Shown piece after piece: positions 1 through 13,184 of a DNA stretch of 64,000 nucleotides. Every line of letters starts with the position of its first letter. Within the stretch, counting starts at the first letter, position 1. The stretch spans positions 1 to 64,000 of the forward strand of contig JAPEUD010000068.1 in NCBI GenBank assembly GCA_026026165.1, in the 5' to 3' direction. The notes beneath the pieces were generated by a model that saw nothing but the letters and a program-made list of their open reading frames with translations, did not search any database and had not been told where the DNA came from. A program made the position numbers and the translations under genes. Origin of the DNA: Sarea resinae (Eukaryota).

Positions 1-189
1 CTCCTTCCCCCCCCCCCCCCCCCCCCCCCCCCCCCTACTTGCTTCAGCCCCCTCTCTTTCCCCCCTCCTCCACCACATTCCCGGGGTTTCATCTTCCTTT
101 GGCTCCCCTTCCATCCACTCACAGTAATCGAAACACGAAACACGAACCACGGTATCCACAACAAACAACCAAAAAAAACGAACACTCAC

Positions 190-559
190 ATAACGGCGTC
201 TCGACATACGTGCCGACCAGCTTATAAGTAGCCTCCTCAGCCTTCTCACTCTGCTTCCCGAGCCCGGCGATCCAGCCCTCGGTCAGGCCGATGCCGATGT
301 CGATCTCGTGTGCGCCGAGCGCCTGGATCATGTGGCCTGTGCCGGAAGGGAACGGCACGAGCGTGGCCGACAGCGAGAAGTATTTCTGCGCAAAGTACAG
401 CGGCGTCGAGAAGTGTTCTACCGGCGTGATCGAGAGATGTTAGTTTTGGGAGGGCAGGGCGTATTATTTGATGTGGTGGGCGGGCAGAGAGAAGGGGGTG
501 GGAAGGGGGCGGCGGGTACCTGGCACGAAGCCTATGCGGAGAGGCGTCGAGGATGCCAT
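190..559 (-). CDS. Periplasmic-binding-protein-fold protein (NMT1/THI5-like, Ca3427-type); 5' part only, gene runs off the left edge
   Basis: Exons 559-520 and 417-190 joined by GT-AG intron 519-418 give MASSTPLRIGFVPEHFSTPLYFAQKY...PFPSGTGHMIQAL...IDIGIGLTEGWIAGL...LVGTYVETPL. The next intron starts at 189 and contains a long G tract (poly-C on +, ~7-35). Confidence 0.75.
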
Positions 560-1116
560 GGCTGCTGCGTCTTTGTCTGCAAGCTGCAACGATGGTTAAT
601 AGAATTAGGGATTCAATCACGGCGTAGAGAAGCAATTTCCATAGACGGGACGAGAGAAGGAAATGATCAGGTATTTATTTCGAGGGGCCCCCTCGGCCGT
701 CATATTGACGATTTGACTGGGCGGGTGTTGCCGTCGCTATCGATAGGGAGCGATGCCCCGCGCGCCCCCGTGCCCCACCTGTTTGCTCGCTTTTCAAACG
801 CTCCGACACCCAAAACCGCGAGGCGAGACGGCCGCAGATGCGAGTAGGGGTAAAAGGGTAACCGGCAACAACATGTGTGAATACAACGATCTGAGCGCAG
901 ACGGCTTCACGGCTCAGGACCAAGCAGCTGATGCTAGTCATATTGCGTTCAACCCTGACTCACCGATTCCGGCATCTGAGGGGAAAGACGACGGTAGGGG
1001 ACAGTAGGATTTGATAAGAATGAAGACAATGGTTTTCTGGCCCGGCCACCAAGGCCTTACGCCAAACGCCCGTCAATGCACCCAGTGCTCGCTGCTCAAA
1101 ACAACAGATGCAGTCG

Positions 1117-2864
<1,748 letters not shown>

Positions 2865-3714
2865 CTTGACCAACGGGAATCAGGATGTGAACAGAGACTG
2901 GAACAGAAAGATCAGGAAATCAGACGGCGGAATGCGCAATACCCCGCAAGATCAATGAAGGAGTAGAAGCGATAGATTTAAAGAATAGATGGTCACAGAG
3001 ATATCCAGCTGTTCAGTTGAAGTGGGAGTTGACACCGTTCGGCAAATCCCGATTGGCGACGTCCCACCAGCCTGTTACTGCGTTGGGTGGGGGATCTTAT
3101 CTACAATCAGATCTTGATGCCATCGCGCCTCTGTTATTACCTTTGGAACTCCACCTCAGCGTATGTGAAACCCCTGTGCGGCCGGCTGGAAGCTGCTCTC
3201 GGCTGAAAGCGTTCAACGCTGCTGAAATCGGCCAAAACGGCCAAAATCCCGAAGAGGAGTGAGTAACATATCAGGGAAAGCAGACCAATTAGGATCAGAC
3301 CAAAGCAAGAGTGAAGAAGTATGAATTTATTCAAGCATCCATGCGCACGTAAGCTATAGGTACACATAGCGGCCAGTAAGTGAACAGAGAATCCTTTCGT
3401 GACCATCATTGGTCATGAAGTAGTGGCGGGAAAAGTGAATAGGTGTAAATATAACATCGTACCCCGTCCTCCTCGAAATCGAAACGCCAAGGGTAGATAA
3501 GTGAGTAAACGCCCGCCTGCCTGCTAGATTGCTTGCTTGATTTGGGATCGAGACATCCCCAGCAACGAAGAGAAGAGAAAAGAGAAGAACCATAAGAGGA
3601 GAGGTGAAAAGAGAAATGAAGTAAGTGTAAAAGAAGAACAGAATGGCAATCAAGCATCGTGTAGTGCCCCACCCACGGCAGTTTTAACAACAACAGGGAA
3701 GAGGGAAGCTGATT

Positions 3715-5310
3715 TTAAAACTCTCCCCCTTTGGCCCCAGCACCCCCGAGAGCAGCTGCGCCCCAGACCCCCACAAGTCCCCACATACCGACCCTCCACC
3801 CCCTCCAAAGACCCTCAACACCCTGCCCTTTCCTACCACCCATTCCCCTGCCCCTCTTCAACTCCTTGGCGGTCGCAGGCCGAGTGCCTTCCTCCTTGGC
3901 CACAAACCACATCGTGCCGAAGACGCCTCTGAATTCACCAACATCTACCACGGTCTCCGGCAATACGGCATGGCCAGTCGCGGGATCGTGGAGCGGGACC
4001 GCCATCTGCCCTCTCCTGAGCACGGTCTCGAGCGGTAGACGTACAAAAAGTTCGAGGGTCGACGAGAGGAAGGTTACGAGGCTGTATGCTGTTGGTGATA
4101 TGACGGGGTCGATAGAGAAGCGTGAGCGGAGGACGAGCGGCGTAGATGTGTTTATGAGCGTAGGCAAGCATGAGTGGAGTAGAGTTATTGGGAGCAAGGG
4201 AGGGGGAATCGTGAGATCTGGGAGGGATTTGAGAGATGGGAGGAGGGCGCGAGGCGAGGATGTTGTGGTTGGTGTAAGAATTAGACTTGAGAAAGACTAT
4301 TAGTACTTATTGCGAAATCTATGGTCAATGGGAAAAGGAGGGCGACGCTTACCGGGTCCGGACAATGTCGAGGGGAGAGAGAATGAGACTTGCGAGACCC
4401 GAGGCAGCAACTGCGACGCCCAAGGATGCTAATGGGTAAGGGCTGTCTACCACGTCGAGACCTCCAACAGTAGTCCCAGCGAGTAAACCTGGATCAGGGA
4501 CGTTCAGAACGGCAGATAAAAGACTTCGCATCCAGCTTTCGATGGCTTTGAGAAGGAGACTGTAAATGAACGAAGCATTTGTGGCTTTCCAAACTCCCCA
4601 TGCGCTCTCCTTCTGCCAAAGTTGTGATATGACTTCGAGCAGGGAATCGGAGTGGCGTAGGTCTAGCTTGTGAGGTTGTCTAGTGACGGAAGACGAGGAC
4701 GAAGAGGCGCGTTCGTAGCCGGCTCGTTCGCTGGTATGGCGGGACTTGTTTGGAGAACGGTGGGAAGAGGAGGGGGCTGCTGAAGTGAAATAGGAAGGCT
4801 CATCGCTGTCCGAGCCGTCTGAGGGGATCTAATCATACCCATTCAATTCAGCGCTGCAGTGCAATATCATCTGCGCAATAATTCGAGACATGTGCTAACC
4901 TCGTCGTATATCGAGCTTCGATAGCTATCTGGTCGTCTACTTGAGCCCTGCGATGCCGCGGCGCGCGACAGACCTTCCGGTCCGGCTGCGACGTAGCATT
5001 GCAGTATCGTCTTCGCCACATCGAAGGGCTGCGCAATAAGCACGCTGGTATACTTCCACAACGCTTGATCGAGAAGACTCTTAGCCATATCTGCTGCGGA
5101 CGGCGAAGAATCCGAGATATAGTCGGTATAATCTAGGTCGGAGAGAATGTCCCGTGCAGAGGAACCAAAGCTGGCTCTGCCTGCTGAAGCGCCAGCCCTA
5201 TTGCTTAGCCCAGGTGCGGCAGATTTCGAGGATGGATCGACGGATAGGCCGACCGAAGGGGGCCTGTAGTATGGCCGTAAGGGATTCGGACCTTCTCGCT
5301 GAGAAGCCAT
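3715..5310 (-). CDS. UGO1: Mitochondrial outer-membrane fusion protein Ugo1 (carrier-like)
   Basis: GPNPLRPYY start, carrier-type PFDVAKT, PLDIVRTR and PLETVLRRGQ motifs, GLWRGWRVGMWG near the C-terminus. Exons 5310-4900, 4828-4353, 4285-3715. Confidence 0.92.
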
Positions 5311-5547
5311 GGTGACGGTTGGCCGATCTGGGAATGTGTTTGTTGATGATGACGGGAACCTGGTGGTGGGCGATGATGTTTGAATCCTCTCCGTCCGCTT
5401 GCCTCGTCTCGACCCGTCTCGTCTCCTCGTATGAGCCGTAGGGAAGAACAAGTCGCTTAGATAATTCTATCTTATCTGATCAATCTCATCGCGTCGGATC
5501 GCATCTCATCTCCGAGCGGATAATCCGTGGATACCTACCTACTATGG

Positions 5548-5559
5548 TACTGCGCAGTA
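5548..5559. promoter_or_regulatory. Perfect palindrome TACTGCGCAGTA in the UGO1/YAH1 divergent promoter
   Basis: Seen directly. The same core recurs at 14440-14451 and 28667-28676. Confidence 0.5.
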
Positions 5560-5664
5560 ATATTCGACCTCTGCAGCGGCAGCAGTAATAAATTTGCAGT
5601 CATATCCATATCCTCCAGGTCGAAGCCACGATCCCTTTGAGGCGAGCAACCGTCTGCACAAGAC

Positions 5665-6448
5665 ATGTCCGTCTCTCGTCCTTTCAGTCAGCATCTGTCT
5701 CGGTCGCTGCAGTCTGTCTTCGCGGCTCCTCGGTCTTTCGCAGGCAGGAAGGCCTCGACGTCATACGGGCAGTCGATACGGACGATCTCCAGCAACGCCA
5801 CAAGCAATGGGCGACTTTGCTTACAGCATCAGAGATCAACAGCGGCATTCACGTATGAGACGAGTTTTGCACGAGCTCGACGGCGTTTTTCCGTAACCGC
5901 TACCGTTGCACATGGACACTTGGACACTCCTAAGCCTGGCGAAGAGTAAGCCGCACTACACTATGTTTCACTTGGAGCATATCAAGGGATGCATATCAAG
6001 GGATGCATATCAAGGGATGCATATTGACCGTTTCCTCTTCATCAGGCTTCATGTTACCTTTGTCGACAAAGAGGGCGATGAACACACGTTCGAAGTAGCC
6101 AAGGGTGACAATTTACTGGACATTGCTCAGGCCAATGATGTGGAGATGGAAGGTTGGTCGATATCTGCAATTTGTGTCCTTTCCATACCCCAGTCTGATC
6201 ATAAAACAGGCGCTTGCGGTGGATCTTGTGCTTGCTCGACCTGCCATGTCATTGTTGAAGACCAAGACGTCTACGACAAGATACCAGAGCCAGACGACGA
6301 CGAAAACGACATGCTCGACTTAGCCTTTGGCTTGACCGAGACCTCGAGACTAGGATGCCAGGTGCACATGACGCCGGAGATAGACGGATTGAGGGTCAAG
6401 CTGCCGAACATGACGCGGAATATGCAGGCAAGCGATTTCAGCAAGTGA
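5665..6448 (+). CDS. YAH1: Mitochondrial adrenodoxin-type 2Fe-2S ferredoxin
   Basis: Presequence-like N-terminus, EGACGGSCACSTCH, ENDMLDLAFGLTETSRLGCQ. Exons 5665-5945, 6046-6152, 6210-6448. Confidence 0.97.
5977..6024. repeat. 14-bp tandem repeat (GCATATCAAGGGAT) x3.4 inside YAH1 intron 1
   Basis: Three perfect copies at 5977, 5991 and 6005 plus a partial GCATAT. Confidence 0.95.
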
Positions 6449-6739
6449 GGGTAGCATATATGAAACGGAAGGGAACTTGGGGCATGTAAAATAGTGATGC
6501 GTCGCGCATACAAGCTCTCAGCGGTTTGGAATATACTGCGGGCTAAGTGTATGGACAAAAAGCCAGCTCAATTTGACTGACACTCCTCTCATACACACAA
6601 GTCGTACATAAAGAATGTTCGATACAGTGATGCGGGACGCGAGATCATGAGATCCCATGTACCCTTTGATGGCCTTGAAACGCCTGACTCCCGGGTGCTC
6701 TCAAGATCGTCATGATAGGTGAGCCTATAGTCATCTCAT

Positions 6740-7615
6740 CTATGCTTCTTCCAAAGGCGTAGCAGTGCGCTTCGCTCCACCACCAGCGATCAAATCGAGA
6801 AATCCTTTCTTGCTCATCTCATTGACCCTCTCCTCCTTTCTTCCCATGCCCACAGTCCCACTCTTTCTTGCTTCCCTTGCCGCCTCCTCTGCCTTGACCT
6901 GAGCAGCGCGCACGGCATTGAAAAGCTTAATCACACCTCTTTGCGCCGTCTTCTTGAGCCGTTTCTCCAACTCCAGGGTCTGGCCAACCGAAACAGCCTG
7001 ACCATCTGATCCCACGATCGCATCCTCCAAACCCAGAACGTCCCTTACGCGGCCCTTATCCATCTCAGCCCTCTTCTCTTCTCGTAGCTTATGCCGCGCT
7101 TTGGCTTCGAGCCGAGAGTCCTGGAGTTCCTGAGAAGCAACCGCGGCACTCTTGCTGCGGGCGAGGACCGGATCGACTCTTTTGGAAGTGGACAATTTTG
7201 AGCCGAGGATTTTGGACATCGATGTTGCAAAGGCGTCAGGGTCATTACGCTTTCGTTTTCTCGTTCGCTGTTGCGAATCGCCGGAGTCGGATGCTGAGGA
7301 AGCACCTTCACTTTCCGAATCCGAGCCCAGCATTTCGTCTTCTGCGCCTTCTCCTTGCGACGACTCGACCTCGGCGTCACCAGCAGCAGCGGTGGCAGCA
7401 GCAACAGTATCGCCATCCTCGTTGTCCACTTCGGAGTCCTGCAGGTCGACGGCCGCGAAATCCTCCTGGTCGGCATTCCTCGCGTCTGGTGCGGCTTCGT
7501 CTTCGCTCGAGCTGCTTTCGTAATAACGCTGCTTCCGAGACTTCTTGGACGAACGATGTATTTTCCCCCTCATTCCGTCTTCCACCTTGCGCTTCTTGGA
7601 TAGTGGAGGAGCCAT
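6740..7615 (-). CDS. RRP15: Ribosome biogenesis protein Rrp15
   Basis: Intronless. Acidic N-terminus, AFATSMSKIL, DPVLARS, EKRLKKTAQRGVIKLFNAVRAAQ, MSKKGFLDLI. Start at ATG 7615 (MAPPLSKKRK). Confidence 0.92.
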   Translation of the reverse strand: MAPPLSKKRKVEDGMRGKIHRSSKKSRKQRYYESSSSEDEAAPDARNADQEDFAAVDLQDSEVDNEDGDTVAAATAAAGDAEVESSQGEGAEDEMLGSDSESEGASSASDSGDSQQRTRKRKRNDPDAFATSMSKILGSKLSTSKRVDPVLARSKSAAVASQELQDSRLEAKARHKLREEKRAEMDKGRVRDVLGLEDAIVGSDGQAVSVGQTLELEKRLKKTAQRGVIKLFNAVRAAQVKAEEAAREARKSGTVGMGRKEERVNEMSKKGFLDLIAGGGAKRTATPLEEA

Positions 7616-7961
7616 TGCGATCAGATTGAGCCGCAGAGGTTGATGTTGTGGCTGAAGAGAAAAGTTATCGGTACGCTTGCGGAGGATTGTGATGCACGAA
7701 GAACGAAGAAAGTACACTGCTAGCGCCAAAGTTCGGTTCCGTGGCCGCGGACCCCACAACCTTCCTCTTCCATGCAATGCAAGAACACAAGAAGCAAGAC
7801 TCGGGGATGATTGTTCTGCGAAGTTATGAGGATGTTGGGTCTCAAAGTATGTTCTAGGGCCTCTGTCTGACTGCTGGCGCTCGAGCCACCCGATTATCTG
7901 TCCAACAGCCCGAACCAACTCCAGAGTGCATGACAAAGGAGAGGGCTCGCAGCAAGCAGCC

Positions 7962-8558
7962 ATGGCAAGACCACATGCACACGAAAGTCCGCCGAACCAC
8001 TACGCCGTTTTGAACCTGCCCCGGACACGGCTGGGACAGCCCGTCTCTGCTCAAGAGGTCAAATTCGCATACCGGCGGGCATTACTACAACACCATCCCG
8101 ATAAACTGCCGTTGTCGAAGGAGAGGTCCACTATTGAAGACAAGCGCGATGGCGGCGGGGGATCCACGTCTGCTTACTCGATCGACGCGATCACCGACGC
8201 GTACAAGACCCTGATAGATGCGACTGCCCGCGCAGAATACGATCGGCTCCTCAGCCTCCAGCGTCACGATTCGCAACTCGGACGGCAAGGTAGCGCAGCG
8301 GGCCATGCCGCCGAGGCTTTCCACTCTGGACTCGAGATCGTAGATTTGGACGATTTGGACTTTGATGACGCGAAAGGTCTCTGGTATCGGGGGTGCAGAT
8401 GTGGGCAGGAGAAGGGATTCGTGGTCACCGAAGAGGAGCTTGACAAGGAAGCCTCTCATGGAGAAATCTTTACGGGCTGTCAGGGGTGCAGCCTTTGGCT
8501 TAAGGTGCTCTTCGAAGCCATACCCGACGAAGATGATCATGATAATGACGTTGGCTGA
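7962..8558 (+). CDS. DPH4: Diphthamide biosynthesis protein 4 (J domain + CSL zinc finger)
   Basis: NHYAVL...AYRRALLQHHPDK J domain, then WYRGCRCG...CQGCSLWLKV. First ATG is at 7962. Confidence 0.93.
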   Translation: MARPHAHESPPNHYAVLNLPRTRLGQPVSAQEVKFAYRRALLQHHPDKLPLSKERSTIEDKRDGGGGSTSAYSIDAITDAYKTLIDATARAEYDRLLSLQRHDSQLGRQGSAAGHAAEAFHSGLEIVDLDDLDFDDAKGLWYRGCRCGQEKGFVVTEEELDKEASHGEIFTGCQGCSLWLKVLFEAIPDEDDHDNDVG

Positions 8559-9502
8559 ACTTCATCATTACTTGGTGTTCAACAAGCCAAACTCTACTCC
8601 GCCGATGGTATAGCTAGGCCAATCTGCTCCCAGAACCTCGTCGACCAAAGGTCAAACCCACCTGGAGGACGAAGAAGGATCGAGGACCAAAATGCTGATG
8701 CAGCCATCAATGGACTCAAGACATCAATATTAAAATGAAGGCAACCTCCACGTTCGATCCGAATCGAACGGCCGCCTATGAAAATCTAGGTATATCCACA
8801 CAGGCACTCCCCATCTCACGTTCGCCACAACATTCCAGGAAGACGACATCTTGCAAGTATCAGAAAACCAACAAATACTCAGACTACTCATCGGAGCAGT
8901 CCTACGAAAACCCCCGCCTCCCATGGGGTTTCACTTCACTCAATGGCTAGCCGGTGCCAGTATGCGAAGACGAGGATCTCACAGCATGAAATTCGGAGCT
9001 TCTGCTCACAAGGGAATTCATAAATTGGGCCGTAAATGAACAGCGGCTCTGCTTCGCCTCTGCAATGAGCCTTCAAATATTGCGAATGAGGTCATGACAT
9101 ATGCAGGAACATGGCTTATGTAGGGCTCGAGCCTGCCAATTCACATAGAACAGAGATACACGAATAATGCATAAGATAAAAAAGGGATGATATCTGAACT
9201 GCACAAAAAGGAGGGGCTTGGATGACAAGCCCTCCCTTCTTCGTAGTGAAAAGAATATATACAACGAATAGCCCTCCCATGCCATCCTAACCCATCTCCG
9301 CCTCCGCCTCCACCTCCGAAACCGCCCCGAAAATTTCCCCCTTCTGGTTCCCATCGCCTTACCAGCCCCGTCCTTTTTCGTTTCCAATTGCCTCAGGTAT
9401 ATATACACCCCCTTTCCAAATCCTCACTCCCTCCCTCCTTTCTTCCCATGTCTCTCATCGTCTCCGTTCCAAATTGCCACACAGAGCGCCACCAGCTGCA
9501 CG

Positions 9503-11305
9503 TCACTCGCGACCGAAGCGGCGATCGAAAAGCTTCAGCACGCCCATGACGCTCGCGGCCTCGACCTCCATTGCCGGACGATCGCCCATGGCGCGCTCCT
9601 CGTCGTTGACGCCGCCACCGCGGGGCGGCGACGTGGCCAGTCGGCCGAGCCAGGAGCCGAGCTCGTCGCTCGCTTCGGCGTAGTGCGGGTGGCGAGAGAG
9701 GGTTGTGTAGGCGTCTGCGCACGAGAGAGTGGGGCCTGTGGTGTGGTGGTGGGCATGTTGCTGTACTTGTTGTTGTTGTTGCCGAGGCTGTGATTGTAAT
9801 TGTGATTGTGATTGTGACTGTGACGGTATTTGTTGTGATGGCTGAGGTGGTGGAGCACGACAGCATCCGCCGCCATTCGCGGCAGCACCCCCACAGCACC
9901 CGCCGCCGCCGCCGCCGCCGCCGCTGCTTGCAGGCGATGAGGAAGCTGAGGGAGCAACGCCTTTGAGGGCTGCGAGCGACTTGCAGAAGAGCGTGCTATG
10001 CGGATCCGCGCGGCATTGGGCACACGTTCCGGGGCCGTTCGCACAGGGATTTAGGTTTGAGGATTTGCGCATTGGTGGGCCAAGAGAGGAAGCCGAGTGG
10101 TGGAGAGACGGGTGAACCGGACGTGGTTTGCTGTTGTTGGAAGTGCTGTTCGGCATAGGCGAGCTGGGGTTGTGCGGTGGGACGTCGCCGTCTGAAGGCG
10201 GGGGCGTGAATTGGGAGAGGATAGGTGGGAGACGGTTGTCTTCGAAATGGGATGATGATTCTTCCATGCTCGCGCTGTCCGCGGAGGCGGCATTCTGCTG
10301 GCTCTCAAGCTCGGCGCAGACACAAGGGGTGCCGTCTTGGCAGAAGCCGCAGGGATCTTGGACTGTGGCGGGAGACATTATGGCTGTGGGGCTTGAGGCG
10401 CGGAGATGGAACGGAGAGGACATTGAGAGTGACGGCTTGGAGGTGTAACGAGACGTCATGTCGATTTCAAGGTCTGCGAGGTCAGGCTTGACATCGTCTT
10501 GAGTATTTCGAGAGCGCTTGCTTGTATTGGATTCATGAAGAGGCGAGCGTGACCGTTTTGCGGTTTGGGGGCCGGTCGATGAAGCATCTTCGAGATAGGT
10601 CAACTTAGACGTATTGATGGCCTGCTCGATGCACTCGCAACGTGTATCATGGCTGCAGTTGCCGCAGCCAACGATGACCCCTGCATCTTCCGGGCTTCTA
10701 GGAGTCTGCTCAATCAAGGATTGCTGCTGCGAGCTAGAGCGTTGCTTTCGGGGCGACTTTCGAGGAGGGAGCGGAACTGCCTCGGTTGTTGACGCGGTTT
10801 GGCCTCTTCTCAGTAATGCTATCTCTTGCTGAGCTCGTTTGTTCTCAGCCTTTTCCTGATCTAAAGATCGCTCTAGCCCTTCGGCCTTGTCTTGCCATGC
10901 CAGTATCTCTTCCTTGAATCGATTGACATCCGCTTCTAATGTCATGATTTGCTGTCTCAGCTCTGTCTGCTCCTGCTCATCCTCTTCTTCGATCTTTTTG
11001 ATGTGTTCTTCCAGCTCACCAACCCTGGCTGCGCGCCTCTCACGAAATGCACGTTGAGCGGCTCGATTTTGCGCCTTGCGTTTCGTTGGTGGGGTATCCG
11101 TTGCCGGCTTGCGACCAGGCTTTGGCCGAGGGGGGATAATCCATTCTTTGGAGCTGAATATCCTCGGAGTCGGGAGACCTTGCATTGCTGGTCGAAGAGG
11201 TGCATTTGGATTCGGCGCCAGCTTAGTCGCGGGCGATGGTGCTGGAGCTATCGGTGGCGGCGAACAAGCCGAGCCTTGAGTCGAGGCTGTGGGTGTGTCG
11301 ACCAT
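9503..11305 (-). CDS. hapX: Iron-regulatory bZIP transcription factor HapX
   Basis: Hap4-like SKEWIIPPRPKPGRKP, bZIP KRKAQNRAAQRAFRERR, Cys-rich regions CGNCSHDTRCEC, CGFCQDGTPCVC, CANGPGTCAQC...LFC, CCGG...GCC and LSCADAY, C-terminal EVEAASVMGVLKLFDRRF. Confidence 0.96.
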   Translation of the reverse strand: MVDTPTASTQGSACSPPPIAPAPSPATKLAPNPNAPLRPAMQGLPTPRIFSSKEWIIPPRPKPGRKPATDTPPTKRKAQNRAAQRAFRERRAARVGELEEHIKKIEEEDEQEQTELRQQIMTLEADVNRFKEEILAWQDKAEGLERSLDQEKAENKRAQQEIALLRRGQTASTTEAVPLPPRKSPRKQRSSSQQQSLIEQTPRSPEDAGVIVGCGNCSHDTRCECIEQAINTSKLTYLEDASSTGPQTAKRSRSPLHESNTSKRSRNTQDDVKPDLADLEIDMTSRYTSKPSLSMSSPFHLRASSPTAIMSPATVQDPCGFCQDGTPCVCAELESQQNAASADSASMEESSSHFEDNRLPPILSQFTPPPSDGDVPPHNPSSPMPNSTSNNSKPRPVHPSLHHSASSLGPPMRKSSNLNPCANGPGTCAQCRADPHSTLFCKSLAALKGVAPSASSSPASSGGGGGGGGCCGGAAANGGGCCRAPPPQPSQQIPSQSQSQSQLQSQPRQQQQQVQQHAHHHTTGPTLSCADAYTTLSRHPHYAEASDELGSWLGRLATSPPRGGGVNDEERAMGDRPAMEVEAASVMGVLKLFDRRFGRE

Positions 11306-11688
11306 GGTAGTATGTAGGATCTATATTGAAGTAATATATGAGCAAAGGCATGAAGGGTACGAATGCGAGTGGAGGCGTGAAAACAACTTACCAGGGCGTG
11401 GGCAATCAACTTGGATGTGATATGTACGAGTCATGGACTATGCCGCGTGAACGGCACGAAACGCTTTCCTTGCCGCAATTGAATCCCGGCAAAGCTGATT
11501 CGGCCTTTATGAGTGAATACAAACAAAACAGAACGGAACAATGAGGCTCGACGAGAAAGAAGACGCAAATCATCAGATATCTTGGCTCTTTGAATTCAGG
11601 AACTCAATGATTCATCAATTCAATGATCAGTGCTGCATGTGGGGGAACACTCGGGACGGAGATGAGATGGAGATGAGATGAGGAGTTT

Positions 11689-11730
11689 TTATCTGATCCG
11701 ACGATTAGGTTGGATTAAGGTTTATCAGAT
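11689..11730 (-). promoter_or_regulatory. Two SreA-type GATA sites (ATCWGATAA) upstream of hapX
   Basis: ATCAGATAA at 11697-11689 and ATCTGATAA at 11730-11722 on the minus strand. SreA repression of hapX is established in Aspergillus. Confidence 0.75.
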
Positions 11731-11900
11731 CATGCACCCCCTCGACTTGCCGACTTCGGAGCGATGTTACCCAGCCAATCACCAGCGTCCGGACCCTTTA
11801 CGTGTGGGACGTCTGACAGGACTCCGGAGGACTCCACTGATCCCCGATATCAGTCCAGCGTCTATCAATAAACACCTGGTGGACATATTACCGGCCCAAG

Positions 11901-12829
11901 ATGAGTGCATTCTATGTAGGCGTTCCTCCTTCTGCCAACGCTTGATGATGGCCGAAATGCTCATTCCCGAATAGTTCGGAGGTTCCGACTCCTCCTCAGA
12001 CCAGGATGAAGACAACCTGCCCTATCCCACCCCTCTTGCGCGCTCCGCCTTCTTGACTCCGGACTTCAGCCCGACTGCCTTCCTCTCCACCCTGCACAAT
12101 CGCCACCAAACGCTCGAGGACCTCCGCAGCGAACTGCGATCGCGATCGCAACTGCTCTCCAAGGAGCTCTTAGACCTCGTGAACACCAATTACCAGGACT
12201 TCTTGACCCTCGGAGGAAGTCTGCAAGGCGGAGAGGAAAAGGTTGAAGAGGTTCGAGTGGGGCTGCTGGGATTCAGAAGAGAGGTCGAAGGCGTGCGCCG
12301 AAAGATTGAGGAGAGAGGAAAGCTTGTTAGCGAGCTGTTGGACGAGAGGACAGCAGTGCGCAAGCAGATCGCAGTCGGCAGGACGATTCTGGAATTCGAA
12401 AGTAGGCTAGCAGAGTTGGAGGAGCGTCTAATGGTCCAGTCGAACGGGGCCGTCAAACCAATACCCGACGAAGACGATGAATCGAGTTTCAGCGAGAGCG
12501 ACGAAGACGAGTCCGAAGAGGAATACCCTACCAACGCAAACGGGACTTCCTTTACCTCCACCATCAAGTTGGCGCGCTTAGTTCAGCAATATCTCTATGT
12601 CAAGCATCTAAGTGAACGGGTACCGCCAGAGCATCCATTCGTCATCGCACAGGAGTCGCGGGTCCAACGCGTCAAGAACACGCTGCTTCTGGATCTGGGG
12701 ACGGCCTTGAAGGAGGCAATGGGAATGACTGGAAGTGATGGGGGTAGGTTGATGAAGGTTATGGGATTGTATGCCCAGATGGATGAGAGTGGCGAGGCGG
12801 TTCAGATCTTGAAGGTTACCAAATCTTAG
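11901..12829 (+). CDS. COG2: Conserved oligomeric Golgi complex subunit 2
   Basis: Micro-exon 11901-11915 (MSAFY) plus exon 11975-12829: LPYPTPLARSAFLTPDFSP...RHQTLEDLRSELR...LLDLVNTNYQDFLTLGGSL. Confidence 0.9.
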
Positions 12830-13184
12830 CCGTAGGAGATCTTATTTTGCATCGCTATGGAGTTCGGTTTCAATCCCGATATGGGTATGCTACATCTACC
12901 ATCTTCTACGAATCAGGGCGGCGATATGAGCGGGAATTTGACCCTTAGTGGACCAGGATGATAATAGGATGGCATGTATCCATCAGCCTTTGAAGGGCAC
13001 TTTAGTATAGAGTGTCAAAGCTTCATCCATCCCCATGGCCTGAAAAGGCATCGAGGTCGTACAATTGGTGCTGACATTAGAGGTCTATCATGAATGTATC
13101 CATTGCAAGCACAGAATCGATCAAAATATTCGATGGCATGTGGCCAAAATATTTTCCCAGAATAATGTACAAAGATGATATAAT

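Noticed and set aside
190..700. TPP riboswitch in the NMT1/THI5-like gene
   Set aside because: No aptamer core (CTGAGA...CTTGAT/CCTGAT...AGCG) in the visible introns or leader.
7616..7963. 116-codon in-frame upstream extension of RRP15 reaching the DPH4 start
   Set aside because: It spans the divergent promoter and has no Rrp15-like character. ATG 7615 is the more plausible start.
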